Positions 13,771-26,344 of a DNA stretch of 64,000 nucleotides are shown piece after piece (the first letter of the stretch is position 1; each line of letters opens with the position of its first letter). The stretch spans positions 77,750,001 to 77,814,000 of the forward strand of contig NW_024704743.1 in the NCBI RefSeq assembly GCF_018977255.1, written 5' to 3'. The notes below the pieces were generated by a model, which saw nothing but the letters and a program-made list of their open reading frames with translations, did no database searches and had not been told where the DNA came from. The translations under genes were made by a program, and so were the position numbers. Origin of the DNA: Callorhinchus milii (Eukaryota).

Positions 13771-14730
13771 AGTACTCAAATCTTATTAGACCTGCTATAG
13801 AAAAGCACTACAATGTTATTATAGGGGTTTGGTGGCTCCCTTACAGCAAACTGCATTGGCTAACCAAGCCAAAATTCTTAGAGAAAGTGAATGAAGCAAT
13901 TTTCTTCAGGGCCATTTTAATCAAGAACTTCCCAGACTTGGAACAGGTAATCGGCACAGTGTTAGTGTGTGTGGGCTGTCGGGGGTGGGGGCTGACACAG
14001 ACAGAGCACACCACTTGCTGACCACTGCTCCTCACCTGCTTCCAGGTGTCAAAAGGTGATTTTCTCCCAGCCCCATGATTGACAGCTGGCAGAAATCTCC
14101 AATCCGGACACAGGATGACTGAAACAAAAACCTCCAATTAAACAAAAGTCATGCATTGTGAAAATGGCTAGCAAGCTGACAAGTGTCAAATGTCATGACA
14201 ATGAATCATTCATTCCTGATAATTGTAGAAGAGTGTTGGAGTTTGATGGAGTCCAGCCTCGACCCTGACTGTGCTGTAATTGTCTTTTCCTTCCCTTTTA
14301 TCTGCTCAGTAATAACACAGTGCCACCTGCAAATTAGTACTGTAGACCTGTGCTTGCTCTCGTTTCCATTGGAACATATAGGAAATGACAAACATGTCCA
14401 AAGACCATAATTACCTTGTGTGTTGTGGTCTGAATGTGCCCTGATTATCTACAGGACACCTACCCATTGCTACTCCCATGGCAGGTGGTTCATTTATCAT
14501 TTGTTCTGTTGACCTCTATGGCTTCAGTGTTCCCATCTCTTTCCAGTCATTACTGAAAATCCTTTGCCGTGTATGGGGGTGGGAGGTGGGGGGTTCTGTT
14601 ATTTCTTTGTAACTGAAAAAAGGAAAGGTAATTTCCTCCTTTACCTGCTTTGTAAAATCAGCTGATGTCAGAAAAAATTGGTCTGCTTCCTCAAGGCAAG
14701 GCTATAATGGGAGCTTGCAAACCATTGGTA

Positions 14731-14808
14731 GGGTAAATTCCATGTGGGTCTCAATTTATTCTATTAATATAGCTTTTCAGATGATATAGATTTTGGTAAA
14801 GAGCTGAA
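14731..14808. mobile_element. Fragment of the palindromic MITE seen at 36865-37091
   Basis: 'gggtaaattcca...ctattaatatagcttttcaga...gattttggtaaagagctgaa' aligns by eye with the left arm at 36865. Confidence 0.5.
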
Positions 14809-16225
14809 GTGAATGATCAATTTTATCTTAAGATTGTTGGCCAGGACACCAGAAGAAACTCCTTTCTCTTTTCGAGTAGTGGCGTGGGATCTTTAACATC
14901 CACATGAACAGACAGACAGGACCTTTGTTTAACATCTCATCCAAAGGATGAAAACAACAACTCCAATAGCATTTCAGATCATTGTCTTCAGATATGTTTC
15001 ATGACAACAATCATAAGAAAACAAGGTGCAGACTTTTCCACACACGCACACAATAAAATCATAACACTAATACAAAATCTGGCCATGAACAACCTTATCG
15101 CTTTTCCAACTTTTTACTTGTCAGTTTCAGGACAATTTCAGAATCAGCCAGTGATCTCTGTGTATTCGGGTCTATTTAGAAGCAAAGCCACCAGTAAATG
15201 GATCACAGCAATAAGATTTAAACAGCTTTCAAAATAAAAAAAATTAGCTGGAGGATACAGTTTCAGAAATTCAGAGAGCAATGTACTTTTTATTGTTTTA
15301 TAGATTTCAAGATAGGTTCAACGAAAGCCTCAGGATAAAGGGATACTGCAGCTGTAAGTGACATGAACAACTGGATATTTGTCTATCACTGGCTGTCCGG
15401 CAACAAATGCCCAATCTTGCCATTTTCTGTTATCAATGACATCTTATATGTTGAAGATTTATAAATCATTTCATCACTTGTAACCAATTGGGAATGAAAA
15501 GATGCCACTTATTTTCAAGCACACCAATGCTTTCGACAAGATGTGTCTTCCATTGGACAAGGTAAAATGATGGGTGCAAACTTGCGTTTTATTGCACATA
15601 ATAAGGCACTTTTAATTCAAGCATCTAGAATTTGTGAAACTACAATGTTATATATGTTATCACTGCTAACATAATTTTTAATTTCAAAAGTTGCTGGATG
15701 CATGTACTCACTGTCACATTAACAATCAATTTTTTTCACTATAAATCTTATAAATTGCACGTAATGTTTATTTGTGTGTTTGATTACTCATGTTTTCAAA
15801 AATTGCTTTCTTTTCAAAATACTTCCAATGATCACAGTTATTTCAGATTATATGCAATGCATTAAGACCAAATGGTACACTGTAAACATATGGAGGTTGA
15901 TTCTGTAAATCTATTATCCTTGGCGGATGAACAAGTTTTACTCTCTGCTAGCTGGAAGTTTTGTTTGTGAAAACATTTTTTTATTGACTTCATAATGGGA
16001 ACTATTATGCAGCAATAACTGTGGTAGCTCCCAAAAATTGGATCTGTACTACTGTACTAATCCTCCAATTCCAGACATCTGGTTTTAGATTATGAAAAGA
16101 AGAATTCGAAACCAACCCACCAGTAGCAGTGTAACTTAAATGGACATTATAATGAGGAGAGCCTGTACTAAATATTGACTCACAGTTACATCAAAGATTC
16201 CCCCTTGACTCAGGTAGTTAAAGGA

Positions 16226-17957
16226 TTCTTGAGTTCAAAATCGACGGGAATCCGCTCAGCTACCACTGCCCCCCCAACTTCCAACCCCTCCCTACCCCCA
16301 CCCCACACAATTACTCATCCGACAATTACCCATCCCTCCTTCCACACCTTTGAACCTGTCAACCCCTCCTCTGTCTTCAACACGGTAACCTCCATGAAGC
16401 CCACCACCTGCTCCCTGGACCCTATCCCCACCCCTCTCCTTAAATCCCAGCTCCACCTCCTTGTCCCACTACTCGCCGACATCATCAACCTCTCCCTGTC
16501 ATCTGGCACTGTTCCTTCCCCCTCAAAACAGCCACTATCACCCCCACCTTGAAGAAACCTTCCCTTGACCCATCACAGCTATCCAGCTACCGGCCCATCT
16601 CAAGTCTCCCCTTCCTATCCAAGGTCCTTGAGTGAGCTGTTGCCTCCCAGCTTCGCTCTTTCCTCTCCTCTCACTCCCTCCATGAACCCCTCTGGTCAAG
16701 GTCACAAACGACATCCTGACCATGTGTGACCAGGGCTCCCTCTGTCTCCTCGTCCTCCTCGACCTCTCCATTGCCTTTGACACTGTGGACCATTCATTAC
16801 TCCACCGCCTCTCCTCCCACCTCAACCTTCAAGATTCTGTCTTTGAGTGGTTCAGGTCCTACCTTTCACACAGCCTCCACTTCGTTGCAGCAAACGGCTT
16901 CTCCTCCAGCCCCTACACCATCTCATGTGGTGTTCCTCAGGGCTCGGTCCCCTCTTCACCCTCTACATGCTCCCCCTTGGTGACATCATTCACAGAAATG
17001 GGGTAAATTTACACATGTATGCGGATGACGCCCAACTCTATCTCTCTGCCTCGACCCTCAACTTTAGGACTACTGGTGTCCTGACCAACTGTCCGTCCGA
17101 CATCAAGTCCTCAACATCAAGTCCTCGACATCAAGTCCTGTTTTCTTCTCCTCTTTTCCTCCGCACCTCGGGCGCTGGCAGCATCAGCCTCCACGGCTGC
17201 ACACTCAACCTCACTAAGCCAGTCAGGAACCTGGGTACCTTGTTTGACCCTGAACTGTCCTTTCTCCCCCACATCCTCGGCATGACCGTCACTGCCTACC
17301 ACCACCTCCACAACATTGCCAGATTCTGCCACTGCCTCACCCCTCAGGCTGACGAAACCCTCACCCACGCATTCGTCACATCAAGGCTCGATTACAGGAA
17401 CTCCCTCCTCATCAGCCATCCCAACTCTTCCCTTCACAAGCTGCAGGTCATCCAAAACTCTGCAGCTCATGTACTCTCGCGCACCAGGCTTCCTGACCCC
17501 ATCACTCGCCCGACTCCACTGGCTCCCCATCCCCCAGAGGATCGAGTTCAAGATCCTCATCCTCACTTTCCAGGCCATCCATGGCCTTGCCCCCTCTCTG
17601 ACCTGCTGATTCCCTACCAACCTGCCCGCTCCCTCTGTTCAGCGGGCTCCGGCCTGCTCTATTTCTCCTGCCCAACCCACCCTACCATCGGTGGCCGGGC
17701 TTTCAGCCTCTGTGTCCCCACACTCTGGAACTCCATCCCATGGTCCCTTCGCCTCGCTTCCTCCTTTGCCTCCTTCAAGGTCGGTCTCAAGACCGTTCTC
17801 TTCGATCGTGCCTTTGATCACCCTCCCACCTCTCTGCCTTTCCTCACCCCTACTCCACCCCTCCCCCATGCTCGGGCCCAGACACCTGACTGTTCAGCAC
17901 TTTGGGACGTCCTCCCGACATGAAAGGTGCTCTATAAATGTAATTTTGTTGTTGTTG
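16226..17957 (+). mobile_element. L2 LINE with decayed ORF2 (RT domain to 3' tail), 5'-truncated
   Basis: [51 protein letters not shown] and LHWLP motifs spread over several frames; tail 'gggacgtcctcccgacatgaaaggtgctctataaatg...(ttg)n'. Confidence 0.95.
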
Positions 17958-19783
17958 TACGATGACTGCAGAGGGAGTTGATGGAGAGCAGCCTGAGCCC
18001 GGATGACTACATCTGCAGCAGGTGTCTGCAATTGAGGAAGCTCCAGCTTAGAGTAGCTGAGCTGGAATCCGAGGTGCAGACATTGTACAGCATTAGGGAA
18101 GGTGAGAGCTTCCTGGATAGTTTCATCCAGGAGACAATCATTCCTTTGAGGCTCAGTAAATGTATGGATCCTGCTAGTAGTCAGGGACAGGATAGTGTGA
18201 CTGACAGTCAGGCAGGTAAGGGGACCCCAGAGAGAGTGGTGGAGAAGCTTCAGGCTTTAACCTTGTCCAACAGGTACGAGGTATTTGCAACCTGTGTGAA
18301 CAAGGAATTATAAGAAGGAGGATGGGCAAACTGACCACAGCACCTTTATAAAGGGGGCCACACAAGTGGGGGAGCCAAACGGAATGTGGTTGTGATAGGG
18401 GATGAGACAGTCAGGCGGACAGACACACTTCCTGCAGCCGCTGGAGAAGAATTTGAAGCTGTTCCATCGAGATGGGCTCCACCTTAACCGGGCTGGAACG
18501 AATGTCCTGGCAATAGGGAGATAGACAGAGCTTTAAACTATTAAGGGGGTAGGGAGGGAGGGTTACAGCTACAGTTAAACGTAAACCGACATTGCAAGGA
18601 AGAGTCATGGCTGTGGAGCAGAGTAGCGACTTGGGAGATAAAGAACAGATTGTGTCAAGTAGGGATAAAAAGTTCAACAAGGTAAATAGGGCATTAACGA
18701 GTAGGGGAAATAGTAAGAGGTCAAAATTAAAGGTGCTATATCTGAATGCTCGAAGCATTCGTAACAAGATAGAAAAATTAAGTGCACAAATAGACATAAA
18801 TGGGTACAATCTAGTGGCTATCACTTAGATGTGGTTACAGGGAGACCAAGGGTGGGAGCTAAACATTCCGGGATATTCGACGTATATGAAAGATAGGCAA
18901 TGTGGAAAACGAGGTGGGGGTGTAGCCCTGCTAATAAAGGATGAGATAAAAACAGGAGAGAGGAAGGACTTTAAATCAGAAAATCAGAATGAGGAGTCAG
19001 TACGGGTGGAGGTAAGAAACAACAAGGGGCAGAAAACACTAGTGGGAGTAGTTTATAGACCCCCAAACAGCAGTTACAGTATTGGGCAGGATATTAATCA
19101 GGAAATTAGAGGACAATGTAGCAAGGAGAATACACTAATAGTGGGTGATTTCAATCTTCATGTAGACTGGGAAAACCAAATTGGCAAAAGTAAATTAGAG
19201 GATGAGTTTATAGAATGCATTAAAGATAGTTTTCTAGAACAATATGCTGAAGAACCAATCAGGGAAGAGGCAATCCTAAATTTTTTTGTGTCATGAAATA
19301 GAGCTAATCAGCAATCTGGAAGTTAAGGCTCCTCTTGGGCAAAGTGACCATAACATGATGGAATTCAATATTAAGTTAGAGAGTGAAATAGTTGAATCCG
19401 AAATAAGGGTCTTAAATCTAAATAAAGCCAACTTTGCAGGTATGAGAGAAGATTTGGCTAAAATAGACTGGGAAATTAGATTAAAAAATATGACAGTAGA
19501 CTAGCAATGGCAAATGTTTAAAGATATAATGCATAATTCCCAGCGATCACATATTCCCTTAAAAAATAAAACTAGCAGGTTATATAGGGGGAACCAGTAG
19601 ATGTGGCGTATTTGGATTTCCATAAGGCATTCGACAAAGTGCCACATAAAAGGCTGTTGCATAAGATTAGAGCCAATGGAATTAAAGGTAATATATTAGC
19701 ATGGATTGGAGAGTGGCTAGCAGGAAGAAAACAGAGAGTAGGGATAAACAGGTCCTTCTCAGATTGGCAGGATGTGACTAGTG
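17958..19783 (+). mobile_element. CR1 LINE: ORF1 remnant, APE endonuclease and start of RT; internally deleted and 3'-truncated
   Basis: ORF1 PDDYICSRCLQL..RVAELE; EN LYLNARSIRNK, GGGVAL, VYRPP, VGDFN, SDH; RT VDVAYLDFHKAFDKVPH; stops and frameshifts. Confidence 0.93.
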
Positions 19784-19964
19784 TGTTGAGCTTCTGTGTT
19801 GAGCTTCTTGCCCTGCTGCGTTTGCACAACAGAAGAGGCAGCAATAAATGTGGGAGATGGGGCGATCCACACAGATTAATTTGGAAATATTAAGGATAAA
19901 GGCATATTTAATGATGATGTCAATACTGTTTTGATCACTTTCTAAGGCAATACAAAATAGAATG

Positions 19965-20360
19965 AAAATTGGTCATTCACTTCATGACTATGTTTTCGCC
20001 CACAGAATACACAGTCAATTCATTTTACAGTATATTCTGTGAAGCACTTTGAGACATTGTGAAAACATGATAAGGAACTATATCAAATGCAAGGATTATT
20101 ATTATTTGTTTTTCTCACAAAACATGCAATCCATTTTGCAGTATATCCTGTGAAGTACTTTGAGACTTTCTCCTGACACGAATGGCGCTAAACCAAATCT
20201 AAGAATTATTATTTCAGGATTGTCATTGCTGTGCGTAAATTTGTTCCTGCGTTCACCTCAAAATAGTCACTACACTTTAGAGTAAATGCTCTGAAGCACT
20301 TTGAGACGTCCTCTTGATGTGAAAGGTGCTTTATCAAATGCAATGATCATTATTATTATT
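19965..20360 (+). mobile_element. Three tandem SINE 3' fragments
   Basis: Three successive 'tgaag(c/t)actttgagac...caaat...attatt' tails ending near 20105, 20212 and 20358. Confidence 0.7.
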
Positions 20361-20749
20361 TCATGCAAATTTATACCTTGGACAGTTTCACTCTTCACAG
20401 CTTGACAGGGGGAATCCTTCCTTCCTTCTCCAGCTGGCAATGGAGCTAAACTGTTACCTCCTTAGTGCACTTGCCAGCCTTTCTCACTCAAAATTCCTGG
20501 AGGCTTTATTGCAGTCAATGACCCTACACAACAGCTCAATGCAGCAATATAGACTGTCCCCAGGTGCTAATGTACTATTGTGTTTGTGACTTTCATGACC
20601 CATTACTGTCACCACAGCTAAGCTCTGGGAGAAGACTCTGAAACCCTCTTTTGCTACTTTCTGACAGCTTTTTGTCCAAAGGCTGCAGACCAACTCCCTT
20701 AGTCCCCGCATCCCACACCTGAATTAACAACCATCTCTATACTCACAGA

Positions 20750-21362
20750 CGAGTCCCTAGGATGCTAATCCTGCCTCCAAGGCTTAACATTACAACCACC
20801 AACTCCTTTTCCTTCCCCACACCCAGAGTTGACTATTCCAACACTGCTCGCCGGACTACCCAGGTCATCCCCACACAAGTTGAAGATTAGCCAGAACTCT
20901 GCGGCTAATCTTAATAAACTCTTGCACCACAAGGCTATCAACCCCACCCCTGCTCAGCTCTATGGGCTCTCCCATCACGTTGCAGATCAAATTCAAAATC
21001 CTCATTCTAACCTTCAAACCTTGCCACTGTCCCGCCCCACCTTCTACCTCTGTGACCTCCTACAATCCTACTGACCCAGCCGTTTTTGTTGGACTGACCT
21101 CCCATCCTATCTGCCCCACTATTGGTGAGCAAACCTTCAGCCAATTTGCTGTGCTCCCTGGAAATCCATCCTAGACTCCCTCCAATTCATCCCCACCCTT
21201 CCTGCTTTCAAATCTGTCTCAAGACGTATCTCTTTGTGCTTTTGATCATCTTTCCCCACCCACTTCAGCCCCTCTCCCCCATCTTGGTGCCCAGCCAGCT
21301 GTATGAAGCAATTTGAAGTGTCCTCTTAAAATAAAAGGCTCTATATAAATGTAAGTTGTATT
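20750..21362 (+). mobile_element. Old L2 3' fragment
   Basis: 'agagttgactattccaac' (RVDYSN), [21 protein letters not shown], 'ctcaagacgtatctcttt'; L2-type tail. Confidence 0.8.
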
Positions 21363-21594
21363 ACAATTGTATTATTTTGAAGTTGCCTGGACTGTTTCCT
21401 CTCCCTCAGTTGGCTAATGATTTCCACAATGAACAGAACTCAGGGAGAGTCTTGCTTGGCACATCCTGTTGCATGATTCATATTCCATCCAAAACCTTAC
21501 CTCCTCCACCCTATCTTTGCAACCCTATAACAAGTAAATATAATTTGTAGCAATTCAATTCTCACTATACAAGAAGAACATTAATTCCTTTTCA

Positions 21595-21727
21595 AAACGC
21601 GAAATACTGCAAATGCTGGTGATCTGAAACAAAAACGGAAGTCGCTGGAAACACTCAGAGGGTCAGGCAGCATTTATGGAAAAGGAAAGTGAGTCAACAG
21701 TTCGGGTCCACGACCCTTCATCAGAAC
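21595..21727 (-). mobile_element. Penelope-like element terminal-repeat fragment with degenerate hammerhead core
   Basis: 'aaatactgcaaatgctgg...gctggaaacactcag...ggtcaggcagcat...gacccttcatcagaac' resembles a common chondrichthyan Penelope-type terminus (from recall); minus strand reads CTGATGA-a-GGGTC-gtg-GACCC-GAA. Confidence 0.6.
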
Positions 21728-22832
21728 ACATTTCCTTTTCCTCTTGCCAATTTTTCCCCATCAGTTTTCTCCCTTCTGCTCTTTAAAGTGTTGACCTTCT
21801 TCCTTCAGTGGGGCTACACCAGTCACCTACTGCTTGAGTGGCCATTATTGATGTGGGAGCCTTGGCAATGAGTGACAGAACTAATAAGTACTTCTTGCAT
21901 GAATTTTAAAAAATAAGCTTGTTCTTTGTCGCGGCCTTACCTCATTCAAACTTGTGCAGTGGGATGCCTGCTAAAACAAGTTTTCAAGTGCCTCACTATT
22001 AATTCATATCATGGGCCAAACTTTTAAGATTTGCATGAATTTAGCAAAATTTATATATCTTTTATCCTACCTGAAAATAGCAATAATAAATTATTTCAAA
22101 TGTCCTAATTAATAGCATGTCATTTGTCTTTTCTTCCTACCTCTGGTAGAATTGTACTTCAATATTTTTGCTGTTAAGTTGACTAACACCAGACCATACA
22201 GTGGTACAAGAGATTTTCCTAATATTTAGGGTGGCTTGAGGGTACATTTCTTCATAAAAGATTTTAACATCAGTTCATGAGGGGTAGGAATGCTGAAAGC
22301 AATCCGTAACATGAACAACTTGTATATTAGAGTAATCTCCTGATATTTGAGCTGTTTTACACATGTCTACACTATTACTAACACTGGGCCTCAAATCTGT
22401 AAAAGTGATTGATAAGCATATGTGTTCGTTACTGGCAAGTATTAGATTCATTTATTTTCAACATGCAATAAAATTCACCAAGATTTGCTTCTCAGCCTAG
22501 AAAGACAGCCTGGGCCCGCTTAGTAGATAAATGCAAAGTCCTGCATATAGGAAACATATGTTCTCTATGAATGGGATAGAATGTGCAATGGGAGAAGCTG
22601 AAACAGATCTAGGGGAGTTAGTTGACTCACCATTCACAATGTCAAAACAGTATGAGGCAGCAATAAATAAGGCAAACAGGATGCTGGGCTATATTGCTAA
22701 ATCAGTTAAATTTAGATTCCCAGAAGTCATACTCAGGCTTTATAATGCTCAAGTCACTGCACACAGGTTTAGTTGCTTTCCTTTGCACTGCCTCTGATGC
22801 TACCCAGGCATTACATGCAGTGCAGAAGAGAG

Positions 22833-22975
22833 CAACAACAACAAAATTACATTTGTAAAGTGCCTTTCACGTCGGGAGGACATCCCAAGGCGCTGAATAG
22901 TCAGGGATCAGGATCCAAACGTGGCGGCAGGGTTCGGATGAGAGAAGGCAGAGGGTGTAGGAGGGCACGTATGTC
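22833..22975 (-). mobile_element. Short L2 3' UTR insertion
   Basis: (caa)n plus 'gtgcctttcacgtcgggaggacatcccaaggcgctg', matching the L2 tail at about 17890-17957. Confidence 0.8.
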
Positions 22976-23230
22976 CTCTAATCCGGAGAAACAAGAATGA
23001 TGCCCAGTATTAGAAGAATGAGCTATAGCCTATAAGCAACAATTAGACAAACAAATCCTTCAGTCTTGAATGGCGATATATCAGAGAATGGGAGTTATAA
23101 GTTTTTAAATCAGATTGAGAAGGTAAACCCAGAACAATATTTTGGATGCGCCAAGACAGTAGAACAATAGGATACAGGTTTAGGGACATCAGGAAGTATT
23201 TATTTAGTCAGAGGGTAATAAGCAACTGGA

Positions 23231-23836
23231 TAGCCAAAATAATGGGGTATTCCTGCCACTGTATAAATTATTGGTGAGACTATACTTAGAGTACTGTGCA
23301 CAGTTCTGGTCGCCGCAGCACAAAAAGGATATAGGAGAAATCGAGAAGATACAGAGGAGGGCAACCAAAATGATTGAGGGAATGGAAGGACTGGACTATG
23401 AGGAACGACTAAATAAATTGGGCATGTTCACACTGGAAAAGAGAAGATTGAGAGGCGACATGATTGCTGTCTTTAAGGTTCTAAACGGGCAAGACAATAT
23501 AGATCATGACAGGCTGTTTCAACTTGTCCTGAATAGTAAAACCAGAGGACACAGCCTGCGATTGAAGGGGGTAAATTCAGAACGAATATACATAAACACT
23601 ATTTCAGTGAGCGAATAGTGAACCTGTGGAACAGGCTCCCCAGGGAGATGGTTGAAGCAGGAAGTGTTGATTCTTTCAAACACAGATTAGATAGCTTTCT
23701 TTTAGGAAATAACATTACGGTATATAGTACATAGATAGTTTGGGACATATATGTGTGCGATCACCAGGAAGGTGGAAGTCGAACTGAGATGGACCTTGGT
23801 CTTTTTTCTTCTAGCATTTTTTAAATTCTTATGTTA
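23231..23836 (+). mobile_element. Younger CR1 3' fragment
   Basis: LVRLYLEYCAQFWSP, IQRRATKMI, LEKRRLRGDMI, TRGHSL; ends in a 'ttcttatgtt' tail. Confidence 0.88.
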
Positions 23837-24361
23837 ACAGGTTGCCTGGACTGGACACTGAACCCATTAAAAAAAACTGCTTGATGCTGTGATGGGAAAA
23901 TGGTTGGGTGGAAGATGGATTGTTGCGTGTATTTTGGAATTATGAGATTGGATGGGTGGAAGGCCTTTCTTCCAGACCTCTCATGTGATCTTTTGAATGT
24001 ATTTCTTTCATGAATATTTTAATTACACTTGCAATAACTATAATAATCCTTGCATTTGATACAATGCCTTTCACATCTAGATGTCTCAAAGTGCTTCACA
24101 GAATACACTGTAAAGTGAATTGATTGTACATTTTGTGGGTGAAATGCGGCAGCCAATTGTGCATAGCAGTGTCCCACTAGGGGTGTGGGAGGACGGATGG
24201 TGGGTTGGAAGCAGGGAAATCGAAAGCACAATCTATGGCATTGAGTGTAATATTTCAATTCTCACTGTATTGTGTGGCATTGGAAATATCATATTCCATG
24301 TTTATACTTGGTGTTGGCATCAGAGACGATAAACAGAAATTCTTGCTCTATCTGAAACTTG

Positions 24362-24731
24362 AAGTCCTGTAACTCAGTGATAAGAACACTCGGCTCGCAA
24401 GTGAGAGACTTGGGTTTGATTCCCGACAAGGCAAAATGTTGGGCAAGTTTCCTTACTCCGGAAGCCTCTGTTTACCTAGCAGTAAGTAGGAACCCATTTG
24501 TTAGTCGATTTGGCGAATTGCTTTTCCTGGGGTAATAATTCCTAAAAAAAAAATGAATTGGATACTTCAATCCATGACTGTTTGTGGAACACTGCTGTGT
24601 GCAATGGGCTGCCGCGTTTCGCCCATAAAATATACAGTCAATTCATTCTACAGTTTATTCTGTGAAGCGCTTTGAGACGTTTCAAAGACGTGATAAGGCG
24701 CTATATCAAATGCAAAAATGCAAGGATTATT
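24362..24731 (+). mobile_element. tRNA-derived SINE, long subfamily (CORE-like middle, L2-like tail)
   Basis: A/B-box-like head 'gtaactcagtgataagaac...gggtttgattcc', 'ttgggcaagtttcc', extra segment 'gcctctgtttacctagcagtaag...', shared tail. Confidence 0.85.
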
Positions 24732-26344
24732 AAACACACTATTGCCATTGAAGCCACTAGAGGAACAGTACTTCAGCGAGACTAGATTCACACAGTTTAA
24801 GAATATGTCACTACATCAGGAGGATCATTGAGAAGGTGTGAAAGTACTGGGACTTGACATAAAATCTTACTTAATAAGACATCACTTCACATAAATGTGT
24901 TTGACTGTTATTCATACTGCTCATAAAAGTTAGAGAGAATACTTGAATTTTTTACTTCAAATAATTTCATTAATTAAAAAAATCTAATAGTTGTACAAGA
25001 TAGGTGGAGTGCACCAATTGTCTTGTCATTTTTCTTCCATTACCATTTTTTAAAATCTTTTTTCAGTCTGCTACAGCAGAAGCTCATTATAATTCAATTT
25101 GTCTGACTGCAGCGAGTCTCCTGACAAACCTGAAATTTCAGCAATAAATGCCTCGTTCATTCACCAAGGAAGAAGATTAAGGTCTGCACATTTTGGGGGG
25201 AATGTTATGAAATGTTTTATGGTAAATATCACATCATTAATAAACGTGATTTGTGGCCGGTCACTAATTATCGACTTGCTACTGGTGTGACCCCACCACC
25301 CCCAACCCCAAATGCAGAATAGATCAGATGAAGTTTTGATGAAAAAGCTCCTTCAGTATATTTCCATTTGATCTCAATGTTTGTGTACATAATACACACA
25401 AAATTTCACAAGAAAATCCTGTGAAATGCATTGAGACATCCTCCTGACATGAAAAGGCACTATACCAAATGCAAGGATTATTATTATCCTTTACCCTGCC
25501 TACTAAATTCCCATTACTGTATCAAACTGTTTCTTAAATTATTCCAGCTTAATGACATCTATAACCCTTCCTGGTAGCCCATTCCAGTCATTAATTTTAC
25601 TCTGTGTAAAGAAATACTTCCTGGTGTCTATCCTGTGAGTCACAATCTTAATTATCGACTGACCCTGTCTGCATTTATCATTGATGTGGTAACATCAATT
25701 CACACTTCAAATATTGACCCCATTCACCTGAGTGGGAGAAAAAGGTTATGGATGTCCCAAGGTGCTGATTGCCAATGTGATGATATTGTTCCCAATGTAT
25801 ATTTCATATTTCATTGGATGATGAGAATCTGACTATGAGGTCTAGTGTGTAGATTGCACTAACCTTGGGTAAATACATGTCTTTAAAGGGAATTTCAGGT
25901 GTTGGATCTCACAGTCATTGCCTTAAAATTAGCAGATGAAACTTATTATGAAACATTGCACTTTTCATTGTATAACACCTTAGAAGTCAGTCAAGGTCAC
26001 CAAACAACCTGAATGAGGTGAGATGATCTCTTGTTTTTATCTATGTCTATGTTTGCCTACAAAATACACAATTACTAACTTTACAGTAAAGCCTGTGAAA
26101 TGCTTGGAGACATTCTCCTAACTTGATGTTATATTAAATGCAAGAATTATTATTATTAAATACCTAACTAATTTGAAACATTTTAATTGGTTCCATAAAT
26201 TTTATCTAAAAATCTAGCTCATCATCTGTGCCTAATGTCACCTTCACCCTCCCCCCCTCTCTCATGGTTGAACCCCAACTTTGTGAAGTACTCTGAGCGA
26301 TCCTATGTGAAGGATACTGCCTAAGTGCAAGTTGTTGTAAATAT

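Larger units (their letters stand above)
22520..23990 (+). mobile_element. Older CR1 3' part carrying nested insertions
   Basis: ETDLGELVDS, AAINKANRMLGYIAK; sequence continues across inserts at about 22833-22975 and 23231-23836; 3' UTR near 23940-23990. Confidence 0.75.

Noticed and set aside
16847..17923. 358-aa ORF as a functional gene
   Set aside because: It is frameshifted L2 ORF2; RT motifs are split across frames and a conserved segment is deleted
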